Shown: positions 1 through 14,166, counted from the first letter of the stretch. The stretch: 64,000 nucleotides of DNA from Patellaria atrata CBS 101060 (GCA_010093705.1 MU006091.1:930001-994000); one strand, 5' to 3'. Numbers and translations are program-made. The notes: generated from the sequence alone by a model not told the origin.

Positions 1-1882
1 ATCGACCATTTCAAAGGCCAAGTACCTCCGTGATCGCAGCATATCGGTCCTGAGACACAATGGAAAGATAACTCCGACTCAGCGTCGCTCGAAAACTGTA
101 ACTTTTCGATCATATACCGCACGATTATTTCCTCAAAGGTCATATCTTCCGCCTTAGACCTTTTTGCGGATAAGGTATAAGACACCAAAGGAACGATAAT
201 TGAGCAGGGCGCAAAAGATCAAGGTACGACATGGAAGACGAAATCATCTAAAAAAAAATAAAAAAAAATAAAATAAAATCGAGCCGCTTATCGAGCAGTG
301 AACTTGAGCTCATCAGGTAGAGATACGACTAAAACACATTCAGAATGAAACGATCCGTTCTTAGCCTCTGCCCGTCTCACGGTACTTCCTACTCGTTATA
401 TGCAATTGCTCTTGAACAGAACCCCCCAGGTCGTATAAAATGACTGGACTGTACAGAATGACTTGACGGTACAGTTGCATGATTTAAGCACCTGAAGGAG
501 GTGTATGAATATCTCTAAGCATGATAGTTGAGCGCTAGATATACAGCAAGCTTTCAACAACCCACGAGTGCCAACCACAACAATAGGGGAGATGCTAACC
601 ATATGTCACTAACCATCTTCCGCGCTATATCCCTCTATGGGGTATCCCATCCTCTCCATTGCTAATATTATATTAATAAAAGACCTCCGCAGACCCATCA
701 ATATCATCTCTTCACGGACCAGAGGATACGCTCGCTACATACGCCCTTTCTATAAGCGTAGGATTAGACGCGGTGACGCGACGGGGAAATATCTGTCTGG
801 TGGAAGGTAGAGTCATTTATTGACTATGCTCGTGGGACTTGGAAGTTTCTATACCTCAAGTGATCCATGGTTTGGTAGGTTGACCCAATATATCACACTG
901 CGCGTCATTGTTTGTCCGCGCACCTGGGTGACGGGGAGAAGGGGGATACATACGAAGCAAAGGTAATGCTTGATATCCTCTAGTTTCTCTAACGACCCGC
1001 AAATACTACCTTAAAGTAGGTGCAACGGTGAACTCGCTTCACGAGGCCACATGTAGTCGGGAGCTTGCATAGGATTAGGTTGGTATCCGTCGACGCAGGT
1101 CCTGTAACGGTTCAGCCCAGTCCAGTAACCTCGCGCATGCACTGGGTAATTTCCAATTATTCCACACGGTATCTCTATCACACGACATCATCTATAACAA
1201 CAGAAAGCTTCTTCACCAGCGCTGCCCGAATAGATGGTACCGTACTGCTTGCCCATAACACCCTAATTTAAGTCAATATCGACAGCTCTTCTCGGTTACG
1301 CACAACTTCCTTCGACCCATAAAAACATATTAACTAACCCACCCACACTCGTCCCCAGAACTCGCTTCCGCACCAGAAAGCAGGATTACGGGCCTACGGC
1401 TCCCTAGACCCAATGACCACGCACCTGGGACCACGACAGTACCTCAAGGGGGGTTAGACACGAGATCGACGCGTCCAACATGCGCAAGGAAACGGGGAGC
1501 ATGCGAAGTCATCGAAAAGGGATGGCACAGAAAGCTCATCACAACTTTGGAACGCACGTCATGGACAGCGAGATTTGGAGTTTTGAATCGATCGATCAAA
1601 TTGATATATGACTACATTCGCAAACAGAAAGCCAGACCATGGGCCCATGGCGCCAGCATCCTGTGGCCCCGTTTGGGAAAGGCCCCGACTACCCCCCAAC
1701 CTGACGCTTATGCACACCGGAAAACAGTACATGAGCCACAACATCGCCCGTTTCACCCAGCTACCATAGCACGCCTCAAGATACGGTCCGACTTTTGTCT
1801 AATAAGCGATCCATCTTGAACCTTTCCAAAACTAATCCAAGCAGACAACAAAGACTCCTGTGCCCTTCTAATTTGTCGGGTT

Positions 1883-1908
1883 GAGAGAGAGAGAGAGAGG
1901 GAGAGAGA
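1883..1908. repeat. (GA)n microsatellite downstream of the CRIB gene
   Basis: gagagagagagagagagggagagaga read directly. Confidence 0.9.
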
Positions 1909-2301
1909 AAATACGCCATTACCACTCTAGAATGCCTCTACCTAGGGGCTGAACATAGGGAAAACCTTGCAACGGTTGTTGCTCGCTAAAGACCAGCTCA
2001 CATATGAAAAAAATAAATTGCGTGAAATGACGCTCCTCTAAGACGTTGGAAGAGAAACCTTGCTAATTTCGCTTAGCGCGTTTTTCATTTTTAGAAACAG
2101 CAAAACAAACATGGATGGTATAGAATAGAATAATTGACAAAGGGAAGTGCCGTTGGGTACGGTTGGGTATGCCCTAGCAAATATATTGGAACAAGGTGGT
2201 AATACAACAGATTAAGAAAGGGAAAAAAGCATCGTAACGCGTAAACACATCAAACATGACTAGAAATATCGGGCAGGGATAATATCGGAATTAGTGTGAA
2301 T

Positions 2302-4905
2302 CTAGTTCACTATCTTCCTTGGTTTTGGAGGTGTTGGAAAGAGACTCAATGTGTAAGTCGCCTTGCTCGCTCTCTTTGCCGACAGGCTTTGAGACCTATG
2401 ACGCGACGGTAGTGCCGGTGGCTCCTCTGGAAGCGGCGCCGATTTGGGCGCGTCGAATAGCAATTTCGCTGCGCTTTCGGATGCAGAGCGCTCGTGATGA
2501 ATGACTGCTGACTGGGGGACATTTTGTGCCGAAGCTGGGGGGGTGGGTGTTCCAGAAGTATCTGTGTCATCATACTCCTGTGTAGGGATTTGAGAGCTAT
2601 CATTGGAGAGCATGAATCCGTCCTTGCTAGAATCATTGCTGGGGAGACGGGGAGAAATAGATGCGACCTGCTCTACCAGCTGTTCGACCACGGTGCTACC
2701 GTGCACATTACGACGGCTGTACACCAGCTCCGGTAAGCTTCCAGAAGAACTAGCGGATTGACGTATAGACAATACCAATGAATTGGGCCCGGACCGCACG
2801 CTACTATCGTTGGAACTCGTCTTGCTGAGGCGAGTCGTGCTGCTTCTTTTAGATCCTGGAATGCTGTCCACAAGTGGATAGTGGCGGTCAGAGGACTCAT
2901 AGTCTGACAACTCATTGTACATCTCTTCTCGCATCATCTGATATCTGAAGTCATTCGGTACGAGGAGGGAGGGGGTTGACACAAGACCCTCTGCAAAGAC
3001 GCCGTTGGAGTAATGCTTCATCCGGTCGGACGGTCCAAGCGGAAAGCCATCGACAGGTGTGACAGCAGAGTCGCTAGCCGTAGAGACAGAATGTGCTGAT
3101 GGCAAATCCATTTCAGGGACAGCAAGATGACTGGGGACAAGCAACGAAGGTCGAAGTGCAGCTGGGACATTCCTAGGCTTCATTCCGGTATGCTTCAGAA
3201 TTTCTGGCCGATATCCGCACTCGGTGTTGTTTTGTTGTAACTCTCCAGCTGATGTTGACCACGGCGCTAGTTGTTGTTCATTCCTTACCAATGCTTCCTC
3301 AGTCTCAGTTTGTCGACCCTTGTCCAACTCGCTTTCGGCGTCCCAAGCATTCTCGCATGCAAAGTCGATGACATCTTCCCAGCATGGATCCAAATCTTCT
3401 CTCGGAGACCAACATTTTGAATCTCGCGCCGAATCTATATCTGGTGACGCTAAAGGTGGAGATCCAAATGGTGACCCTAGACCCAACGTGTCTGACATGC
3501 ATGACGCGGGACGCGACGTGGGACGCGTTCCTAGGTTGGTGGGGGTCACGACTTTTGGAAAGTATGGACTTGGTCGACTTGCAGAACGAGCAGGTACAGC
3601 CAATATTGCCGATCGTCGAAGCCGTGCTTCTGATGCCGAGCGATCTATTAAAGGGGCTTCCTTCCATGAGGGAAAGTACCCATCTGGTTCTTCTGGGATG
3701 TGATCTAGGTCAGGAGTGAATTCCGGCGATAGGGCTGGTACTGCTGTATCATCGGGGGTGGTGACTGCATGTAAGATTTGCGATGAGGATTGAATAACGT
3801 TGGTCCTTTGTTCTGAGCTCGGAGTAATGTCATCGAGGGAATCAATGCTCTCCCACGGACAAACGACACTGCGGTCGATATTGCCGGGAATTATAGCAGC
3901 AATCACGTGCGCAGACGACGTGGATGACTTTGGTGACACATCTTCAATCCTTGAGACAGCCATACGGGACGACATTCTCGGTGGTGGTGTAACTGGAATA
4001 CTGGTAACAGTTGGCGAGCGAGCTCGCGATAGCGGTTGCGAGAAACTTTCGATCGACCGGTTCCGTCGAATTGCTATGCTAGGATCTTGCGATGGGTGAC
4101 TTGCAAATCTTAAGTCTTTAGATAGTTTAGATCTCAATTTTGGAGGACTCTGCAGTGGTCCAGGTCTGATGTTCTCTGCTCTGATACCATGAAGCTCACG
4201 ACTGGGAACCTGGGATGCTCGTACGGTCCAGTACTCATTAACGAGCTGATTATCATTGGATTCAAACAGAGCTGGCAATTGGTCCTTTTGCGTATGAGTC
4301 AAATGCTGGAAATCGAACGGAGCTGAGATATAGCTCTTCCGGTGTTGGACTTCAACATGATTAACACGATGATATGACGATGATACAGCCCACTTACAGT
4401 CTGGTTCTACAAAAGGGACATCTGGTATTTGGGCCAGCATTGTAAAGCTATCGTGGGTTTTGTGAGAATCTCTTGCGCTCGCGAAATCCATACTAGGAGA
4501 ATAGTTAAGTCTACCGCTTTCCCGTCTCTTTGACCGTCCTTTTAGAAAAAATCCCTTGCTCTTTCCTGACTTGACGTCGAATACTGAATGAACATCGTTG
4601 ATGACCTTAAGATCCTGGGACGAGCGACGTGAAAACATTTCCGGCGGAGTCATAGTCGAAGAGAAAGAGAGAAAGGACGAATTGGTGGATGCTGTTGTGT
4701 TACTTCGAGACCTTAACGTAAAGACTGAACCTCTTTTTCCATGAGGAAGTCTCTCTCCGCGTGCGGGCAAATCGGCGACCTCGATGCTAGTTGTCTCGCT
4801 TGGTTGCTTTGCGGAAGAAGATTCTGATATCGAGTCGTCTAGAGGAGGAGTGTCGATTGATGACTGTCGCGAACGCGGCGAAGGGCTTCCCTTGAATAGA
4901 AACAT
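2302..4905 (-). CDS. CRIB/PBD-motif, Ser/Pro-rich protein (putative Cdc42/Rac effector, no kinase domain)
   Basis: 867-aa ORF with CRIB consensus ISAPFDFQHLTH; the rest is low-complexity. Probable 48-nt in-frame intron at 4350-4397 (GTAAGT...TTAAT...GAAG on minus). Confidence 0.8.
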   Translation of the reverse strand: MFLFKGSPSPRSRQSSIDTPPLDDSISESSSAKQPSETTSIEVADLPARGERLPHGKRGSVFTLRSRSNTTASTNSSFLSFSSTMTPPEMFSRRSSQDLKVINDVHSVFDVKSGKSKGFFLKGRSKRRESGRLNYSPSMDFASARDSHKTHDSFTMLAQIPDVPFVEPDCKWAVSSSYHRVNHVEVQHRKSYISAPFDFQHLTHTQKDQLPALFESNDNQLVNEYWTVRASQVPSRELHGIRAENIRPGPLQSPPKLRSKLSKDLRFASHPSQDPSIAIRRNRSIESFSQPLSRARSPTVTSIPVTPPPRMSSRMAVSRIEDVSPKSSTSSAHVIAAIIPGNIDRSVVCPWESIDSLDDITPSSEQRTNVIQSSSQILHAVTTPDDTAVPALSPEFTPDLDHIPEEPDGYFPSWKEAPLIDRSASEARLRRSAILAVPARSASRPSPYFPKVVTPTNLGTRPTSRPASCMSDTLGLGSPFGSPPLASPDIDSARDSKCWSPREDLDPCWEDVIDFACENAWDAESELDKGRQTETEEALVRNEQQLAPWSTSAGELQQNNTECGYRPEILKHTGMKPRNVPAALRPSLLVPSHLAVPEMDLPSAHSVSTASDSAVTPVDGFPLGPSDRMKHYSNGVFAEGLVSTPSLLVPNDFRYQMMREEMYNELSDYESSDRHYPLVDSIPGSKRSSTTRLSKTSSNDSSVRSGPNSLVLSIRQSASSSGSLPELVYSRRNVHGSTVVEQLVEQVASISPRLPSNDSSKDGFMLSNDSSQIPTQEYDDTDTSGTPTPPASAQNVPQSAVIHHERSASESAAKLLFDAPKSAPLPEEPPALPSRHRSQSLSAKRASKATYTLSLFPTPPKPRKIVN

Positions 4906-7900
4906 CGCTACCGATGTGGACCGCGCTCGCGTGGCTAAGAAAGCAAGATGTTATGGTTTACGGTTGACTGGGAACAGATAGTATCTACCCCAGGATGCGA
5001 AACGGCGTGTTCCATACACCATAGGCTGAATGAAATCCTGGGGGCCAGCAAGATCGACCTACGGACTCCGGTACCTTTAGACGCGTATATATTGTAAGGT
5101 GTTGGTCTGACCGTGCCTGGGGATAATCTTGGACGGCTACAACCCTAGCAATTAGCGGACGGTTGTTTGGACAGGATTACCCATGATGCACGTAATTCGA
5201 GAGAAAATCGAAAAATGTTCGGTGCGGGATCGGCAGTTGAAGGGATATAAGACTTCAAAATATCCTCATTCTTTTTTTGTCCATGGAAGAAATACATGCA
5301 TGATAAGTGGTAAAGGAAATGAACAGACTCACCTCGATTGAGAATGGTTGAAGTCTAGGGATATTTTCCCCGCAACAGTGATTGTTGCTATTAAGCACAA
5401 ACGCGGTCAATAAGGCTGACAATATATGCTCGTATATCCTACTCTATTCTCAGGGAGTTCAGACGCGACGAGGCGTCTGAAGAACTTATGTGGCGGATGT
5501 CAAGGTAATAACGGTAACGGCACTCCCGCACCGTAATCCGATAAGATTAGCACAAGAAGAGGAGACGACTTTCCAATACATCTGGGTACGAGATAAAAGG
5601 ATAGGCACGCCCGACGGGAAATGGACGCGAGACCTGAGTGCAAGTATTGAGGGAAGAAACAAACTGATTTGGCTACAGGAATTGATATGGGTGGAGTGAT
5701 CGTCGTGGTACGGCATACATAGGATTGTGACACTCTCTGCCGTTACGGCGCAGGTTCAACGCTTTTAACCATTTGGGAACTGGAGACTCGAGGAGGACAT
5801 TATTTGCTGCACCTAAAGGTGACGGCTAGTGAAAGTCAGTGATTATACCTGAGAAGGCGTTCGAGGGTCAGGGAGACGGGATGAAAGATGGTGGAGAAGG
5901 CCCGCAAAGAAGGCGGCCAGCACTCATCAGGCCGCTTTTTTCTTCCCAGGACAAGGTGTGTTTGAACTTTGGACGATGTGTCGTTGTGGAAGTTGGACCA
6001 GTGACCATCACGAGCGGAAGGGGAAAGGATGGACATCCTGTATGGCATCCTGTACGAGCTTTAGCCGCGTTCAGACTTGGTACCTGAACTTCGCTGAAGA
6101 AACTGTCCACTGTGCCCAGAACCCCCAGACTGGCCTTGAGTGCGCTTGACCCGACAGTTTGGATGCCGCAACCTTTAGGATCAAGAGTGGATGACGGCGC
6201 AGGTTGCACCCTGAACGATAGAAGCATTTCTATTGCTGGGGGGGTTTTGTTGCGGCTTGCCAGGAGGGATGTCGACTTGTCGAAGGACATGATAACCATG
6301 ATCATGATTATTCTAGGCTGAATTTGGATCAGAGCAGAGGCTCAAGGAGCGAGAGAGAAGCTAAACCAACATCATCCCAAGTCGACCAACTGCTCTTCAG
6401 CCCTGGTGCCGAACCGTTGCAACAGCCAATAACCGTCAACATCTCTCCGAGTTAAATAGATTGGAAACAATGTATGTCTTCATGCAACATCGGGTTTCCA
6501 CGCCGTCTAGAAGACTAGAATGCGTACAACCGTATGGTCGAACGTGGCATTGACTTTTCTACTGCGTACAGTACAGGTACAAAGTACAAGCTGCAGTAGT
6601 GGTGAAAAACGTACGAGGCACAGTACAGTACCTCAAGGATTATGGAGGATTCTCCAATCTTCATACGAATGTCGGAATGTGGAGAAGCTGGAAAATCTTC
6701 GTACAGGACTGCAGCAAAGCACTTCTGCCCCTGGCCCCCAGCTCAATCGCCATATGATTTTCCTCCCAGCCTCACCAATCAACTTTCTCGGATTTTCCTT
6801 TTTATCTGAGCGGGAATCAGGCCTGTGCTCGACGTTCGTCTTACGGCTGATACTTTTCTCACCCGGCAGAAGAACTGCAGCAAAGCAAGCATCTTTTTCT
6901 CCACAGTACCGCATACTGAGGCGGAAGTGTGATGCAGGGGGATACAAAAAACTCCAATCCAGAGCAGTACTAGCAGTGAGGCCATCGACCGAGTCGTGAG
7001 CCCATTGTGCCCGTTGTGCCTATAAAAAACTGCATTATGCACTTCTTTTGACCTCTTCCATAATGGTGACAAAGGAGATGGCACCTGAAAAAGCCAAGGC
7101 AAAAGATCCACTCCATAGTTGTCCATCCCTCATCTTAAGGCTCCAATTACGTATGGATGTACCTGATATCTTGAGAGTTGAGACCGCCATTGCTGGGTGC
7201 AGCGACTTAGTTCACAGCGATATCCCGGACAAACAGTAGTGACAAGACCATAGGACTCGTAATATGCTCTCTTTTACAACCAATAGCTCAAAAGAGCGTG
7301 TTTGCTTCATCATATCTGGTGAGACCGAATGCCGCACTGCGAGCTATCTTCAAACGATGGATTTTCGTAGTCATTAGTGTGGAACATCAGAACCAGGAGG
7401 AGTCCAGGACAAACCGTTCGCCCACACTTTGTAGGCGATACTGTAGACTGATTACGAATCTACGGCCTCGAGAAGAGAAAGATCGTCAGATAAGCTACGG
7501 CGGGATGTGCTCTTACGAATCTCCGTGAGGACGCCTCAAACGCCCAAATGGCCTTTCCGAAGGTCGGATCTTCCCGAGTTCTTCGAGAAATTCAGCGAGT
7601 TAGAAGTTAGAACTACATATTTACTTGCTTTTGCCAGCCATGATCGGCACGCCTTTAATTGAACGTAAATCTCCCACAATCCACAAAAGTTCGACATCAT
7701 CGGCATGTGAAGCCTAACATGATAAACATCCATTCTACAAAGTAGGGTATGGTTTTGTCCACCAAGGTGCTACCTTATTACCTTCGACTAAAGAGTGGCT
7801 TCGGCCCGCACTTTTGGTCTGTACAATATTGTGTACTTGTATATGAACTACCACCCACTCGTGGATGACGAGACTGCTTGTCTTCAATCATAGCGGTAAC

Positions 7901-10900
7901 TTAAAATGTCCTTTATGGTGAGAGGATCCTAATCCAGGAGGTTCCTCGCCCATGAGAAGCCTTAGAGGAGAAGCGTGGCATGATAGAGTTTTTTCGGACT
8001 TTCCACACCGTGAAATCCTCTATTACCCTTCCCGCCTGAGGAAACGAGACAAAACGAAAGGGCAGAACTACCCTATAACAGGTCTTGACGCCGGTTAGCC
8101 TTGAGGAACTCTTGATAAAGCTTCCCGGCAAGTTACAACAATTGGTGGCACATGTTTGGAGTCCTGGTCTTCTCCTCAATGCATGAGCATGCTTCTATTT
8201 CTCGTTTGGATCTCAGATCGATTGACCCATTGTCACGGTTTACGGTTTTACGGTTTACGGCATTGCATGGCAGCTCTCGTTCGTCCATCGTTACATGTTA
8301 GTATCTGGTTCAAGCCACGCGATAGAGAACTGTGTAGAAAGATATTCGCAGCTGGTAACCATTCCACCGGTGCTAATGGAAGGGAGTCTCACATCCAATA
8401 TATCACAACTTTCTGTGATTGTGGAACCCGATGATTGCACTGTACAAGTACGAAAATGTTCGGGTGGTTAGGCCCACATTGAATGTACAACAACTTCAAT
8501 CCACCAAATATTGAATAGTACTGTAGGTCTAGACAGTCAAACAAAAGGATCATGATGGCTTTCAACCCATCGTTTCGGATACCCTAGGTTCCCTAGCTCT
8601 ACAGTTGGTGAATACCTTAGAACTAGTTCTAGTGTGTCGCGAATTGTGGCGGCCGCGGTCTCTCGAAGTCGCAGCAAAATGAAACTTCGTTTTTCTCTCC
8701 CCACGTCTTCACAGTAGACCTCACCAACCATAACGGAAGCTTTTCTTTTTGGTTTGCGAATTTAATGCATTATTTACGACCAAGTCTTTCAATAGGTCAA
8801 TCCAGAGCCATTTTATCTCCTTGCGTCCACCGAGTTCGACGATTCAAAGCTTGAGGATGAGTGGGATGCATGAATAGGCTCCTACGCATCTGCACATGGC
8901 CATTTTCAGTACGCGTGCGTTGCCGACAACCAGGTCGACATGTACAGTAAAAGTACCAACTACCAACTGAACGTAAAATTTCCGTAGTGGAGCCTCGTGC
9001 TGACCAACTTCCTCAATCAGGCGGATTTGAGACCTGTCGAGATCGTTCAGGGGAGCCTATATTGTGAGTAGCACGGCATTAATCGGTTTCTTTGGATCAT
9101 TCGTCGTGGATTGACGAAAGGTAACAACTGAGGTAACGACGACGAGAAAGACATGAATGTTTCTTCTTCGGTCTACCGGCTCCTCAGGTAACACGAATGA
9201 ACAATCGACTCTTCTTTACCGTGTCCCTTCATCGCCAGTAACCGTGGCCTAAGGAGTGCCCAGAATCGATTGCACCACGAGATTGTTTTACTTTACTATA
9301 TTGAATTTATATCCCGCTCTCTTTAGCTCTTCGCACTGTTATTCATGTTCACTACCTCGGTGAATCGGAGGTCGACCGAGCCCGGTTCTTGTTCCTTATA
9401 GCACAAGGGACAAGGTTTAAATACCTACCCTATGATACACGTACGAAGTAATATCCTGGCCTCAAAAAGGAATATTCTTTACAACAAGCATATCCTGGTA
9501 AACTTCTTCCTGAACAATATTCTCCTGCCGTTTCAACATGATTGGCTCGACCTCTAGAAGAATACATCAAGTCCATATTCCGATGGGAGAACTATCCATA
9601 TGTTCCGAAAAAAGAAGACAATGCAGGAACAAGACATCGGATCAGCGAGATACGAAAGTCGATACGGATGCGAGAACACTGCAGGTACCCGAGGACCCTC
9701 GTGGCACATCTTCATTTATCTCAAAACCGAATACCTCAAATAGTATCGTACCTGCAGTAACCCGAGGGTGAGCAGCATATATCAGTCGTGTACTTCGTAT
9801 GTCGTCGCCAGTTGGTAGATCCAAACATTTTGTTACCTATCAACTCTATCATCACCCCCGTACGCTTCGTGATCGGACAATATCCTAGATTCATATTCGA
9901 TAAACACGGAGACCGGTTTTCCTGCTGTATAACGAAGCGAGCACACCGCTTTACTAATACCTAGTGCTATCAAACAAACGGTACTACGTATTTCAGCTTT
10001 CCAAGCTTCCGAGTAGAGGCACAAACTGGAGGCTTCCGAGATGTGATATCTCATTTCATGTCTGACAAGCGTTTAGGTCGCCGACCTTAATGTTGTGAGT
10101 CTTTAAGCATCACAGAAATGTCACGGCCATAGATACATCTTTCGATCCTCATAGGCGGCAATACATCTAAACGGTGTCTCACGAGAGTACTTCGCTTAGA
10201 CTCTTTTACAGGTAGTCTATTCGAAGGGATCATCTCCACTAGTAGTTTCATAGTCACATACAACCAGTCAGATGAATGAGTCTATTCGTTAAGTAGTTTT
10301 TCGAGCTTCTAAATGTGCTTTTGTTCACACTCTAGGGGTGTTCTTTACTAATTCGTAAGATTTAAGACTTGATAACCAAAGCCTAAGCTCTCGGGAAGTC
10401 ATTAACATGCTAGAACGTGCATATACATTTTATTTGAACGAAGGGAGGTTTTTCGTGCTGGGATTGTACTCGAGAACCAACATTTTTCTCCAAGGAGCGC
10501 AATATCTTCCTACGTACAGACAAAGTTTGTCCGAATCTTCCCAAGCTAGGCAGGCATGTGAAAAGGAACATTACGAAGAGCTTTTCAATCATTTAGTCTG
10601 AGTACCGATTCGATATCCAAATTTTCCATCATTGAACCTATGCACCTGAATTTGAAATACCCGACGCCAATATATTTCAAACCCTTACTCTCGTCACCAC
10701 TTCCAAAATGTCTACCCGCACCAGTCTTTCTTTACCTATATTCGAGCATAGGTGATTCCGAACCCATTTCATTTGATATATCAGTCATGAAACCAGTCTC
10801 CTCATTCGATCCTTGTAACTCCAACAGCTGTGTTCTGTTGTCGATCTTATTGTAACCATCAACATCCCCTTTTCCTGCAAGGAAAACATCCATCCTTATA

Positions 10901-12846
10901 TCCAGCATAGGTGAAAATCCGAGACGGTACATCTAAACGAAAAGAAGTCAACCGAGAAACAGAAGTAAAATCTGTTTTAGAAAAGTTTGCAAAACAGTTA
11001 GCCCTGATATCTCCTTGAACCTCCCTGAACGACTAACTTTGCTGCTGCCGCTGCGACCTTCTCAACCTAAGTTTATCGGCCGAATCCTAGGTTCAAAGTC
11101 TCATATCGTCCGTCTCCATCGAGTGAAGCCAATCCATTGATCACTCTCCTACACCTTGGTGGTGAACTAGGTCTACCGTATGTTGAAATTGGTGCCACGT
11201 AAGATCACTTAGTTTCGAGATGACTGGAAGACATGATAACAAGATAGCTAAACAGGCAGTACTTCAACGTAGCATAGATACACTCATTTGACAATCAATA
11301 ACCACCTTTCACCCTTCTATCTATTCGCTCGGTTCTTGTGTGTATATACACAACGGCACCGTGAGAGGAGAGAAGTTGGCGGCGAGGGAATGTAGTGGGA
11401 TATGTGATAATCACAAGGATTGGACATGAAGATATTATATACCCCTTTCCTCAGCACGTTATCATTGCTGTCCTTGGGCACATGTGTCCATACCCAACCC
11501 ACGAAAAACAAGCAATGCCGTCAGAAGAGATGAATGGTAAACACACTCCGCCGCTAGGGGTCCTGCGTCTCGTTCGTTGAGTTTGTTTACGGCCTCCTTC
11601 GTGCCTGCTATTTGTTCCTGTGTAAGGAAAGGGGTTCAAAGCAAAGCCTATGTAAGTCCTCTTGAGGGACGGGTTCGATGACCTTTCGGGGGTAGGAGAG
11701 AACGAAATACTGCTCCATCGGACCCTACCGATTCTCCACTCAACCACCATCAGCTATCAACGCTCACGATGAACCCAAGCGACCTATAATAAAGTGGACC
11801 GAATAGCGCTCGGCCGTTGGGATAAGCGATTGATTTTAGCGACAGGAAAATGCGGTGCTGTGAGGATAGCACATGTATCTTGTCTTCGGAGTTGGGGGTG
11901 GGGGGTGGGGGGGGTTAGGGGTAGGTTTAGCGCTCTGGTCATACTAGAGAAAATGCTACTGGAAGATGATAGTTGTGGGTTGGGGAGGGATATGTTCGTG
12001 ATTAGCGAGGAATCTGGCCTCTCGGCCTGGAACTAAGTCCAGGGGAATCGAAGTGGAAGGTGAGGGATGGGACAGTTCGGTTCCTGCTGGTTGTTGTCGT
12101 TGTCGCGATTTGATATTGATGATGGGGGTTGATGAATGTACTGGCGGTATGTGGTCGTATGATAAGTTTGGACTGGATACTTGATTGATGGAGACTAAAT
12201 ATCTGGAGTTGATATGTTCGCCATCCTTCTGTCGGTACGGTTGTATTGTACGGTTGCTTGTAGGTATGTGAGTGGGTTCGATGAGATGAGTGGCTTGTAC
12301 GCGATGAGTAACCGGTCAAGAATGCGTGAACTGTACAGAATGGCAAAGCTGTATGGAATGATAAATTGTATATAACACGAGAACTAGAAAAAAGAATTTT
12401 GGCATATCGAATGCTAGAACATACGAAATTATGAAAACCTACAAATTGACTTTGCCGCAGGGAGTGACCGAATTTTATATATTGACGGAACCGTACAAAA
12501 TACCCAGCGTGTTCAAAGACGCTAGACTGTACAACATGACCAGAGGATATAATGACTTATAGATGTACGGGCTCATAACTATATCAAAACGAATATAGTA
12601 ATGAACGATTGCGACTCTACGAGACATACCAGACGTAGAGCGAGCGTACAACGATTCAAAAGTGCTAACCCGTGAGGAGGAGACAGCTTATGAGGACCGT
12701 GATAATAGGGAAGACAGACATGAAATATTCTACATTCCGATTTCCCAAAATATGGTTACAAAGACGAACGAGTTGGTACTTCTCTAACAAGTCACGCATG
12801 GATGTATGCAGTCAACCATCCTCTTACTATCCTTATTTTAAGTCAC

Positions 12847-13892
12847 TCAGCCTCTACCCACCTCGTGCAAAGGTGTCTTATATTCTTGACCCCGTCCTTC
12901 TTTCTCCGGCAAGATCATCGGAGCATCCCCATGCATCGCCCTTCTAAACGGTTCACTATTCAACAACTCCCTCACCTTCTCCTCCGGTCCCAGCTTCCTC
13001 CTCCCAAAGCCCTCCCAAAGTCCATTCGTCTCCTCCGCCGCAGCTTTTGCCTCTTCCTCCATCTTCTTCCCGCACCCAAGCTCCTCCCACTCCCACACAT
13101 TCGCCTTCATACCAACACCATGATACTGATGCTTCTCCAAGAACCCCAACCACGCTCTCACAACCTCGGGCTCCCCATCCTGAATCTGAATGAGCCTCCT
13201 CACCGTCCGTCTCTCGAAATTCTCCTGGCTCTTCTTGAAGATGAAGTTAGCCCTGGGCACTGTCCAGCGCTCGGTTATACGAGGTAGGGGGACGGGACCT
13301 TTGGCGGGCAGGTTGAGGTAGTAGGCGGCACGCATGGCGGTGTCGGCGAAGAGTTCGAGGTTGCGTACGCTGTAGGAGCGTAGTTGGAGATCACAGACGG
13401 GGACGCCGTATTGTGGTGCGCGACGCAGGGGGCGGAGGTAGGCCGCATAGACAGCGCGGGGCAGGCGGAGTTCGTCGAGGGAGGAGATGGTGGCCTTGTC
13501 GAGGGGTAGGTGGGATTTTGCGTCGAGCGGAGCGCTATAAATCATAGTAACCATGATTGTAATGTGGTTAGGACAGAGGGTTAACATACACTTCAGGGAT
13601 CTCGATTTTACGTTTTCTGGTTGATTTATGTCAGAGACGCGAGTATAGGGGTATTGTAGATATCGCACTTTGCTTCTTCTTCTAGTTTCTTAATGTCAAG
13701 TCCTTGCTCTTTATAATGGTCGAGAATGGTGGAGTGAGTTCTTCTCGGTTGTTCCCATGTTCTCGCTGGTGATATCTATCGTCTTATGTTAGTAGACCTC
13801 CCATGCTGGAACCCTCGCTTCCATCAATTGAAACGTACTTTTAATCTCTTCGCAACGCCGAATGGCGATCGTATACATGAGGGACTCGTCAT
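12847..13892 (-). CDS. RSM10: Mitochondrial ribosomal protein uS10m (37S ribosomal protein S10)
   Basis: S10 domain VCDLQLRSYSVRNLELFAD...GPVPLPRITERWTVPRANFIFKKSQENFERRT. Splicing by eye gives a basic presequence MTSPSCIRSPFGVAKRLK|ISPARTWEQPRR, with introns at about 13776-13838, 13618-13668 and 13535-13589. Confidence 0.9.
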
Positions 13893-14166
13893 CACGAATC
13901 CCGATGCAGTAGATGTTGTCGCTGATGGCTATCGTCTCCGCGTAGTTCAGAAATATCCAAGACCCCTGTAGAAGTATGGTCCACGTTGAGCACGAACACA
14001 GACTATGCACGGCTTTTCCTATAAACTTCCCCTTTTTAACTTTTTAAGTATAAGAGCTATAAACTTCAAAATTTATATATAATTCAATTAAAAATATTTA
14101 TTAAATCTGTATATTAATATAAAAATTTCAAATATTTCTTTTAATTATTATAATAAAATAAAGTAT

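Noticed and set aside
8233..8261. ACGGTTT(T) short tandem repeat
   Set aside because: Three to four imperfect copies; ordinary slippage repeat with no further context
9120..11000. Short ORF fragments that might be a decayed gene or transposon
   Set aside because: No recognisable motif, terminal repeat or consistent frame by eye
11905..11930. CCCTAACCC on the minus strand as telomerase RNA template or interstitial telomere
   Set aside because: Single unit embedded in G-runs, with no tandem TTAGGG array and no other supporting elements visible
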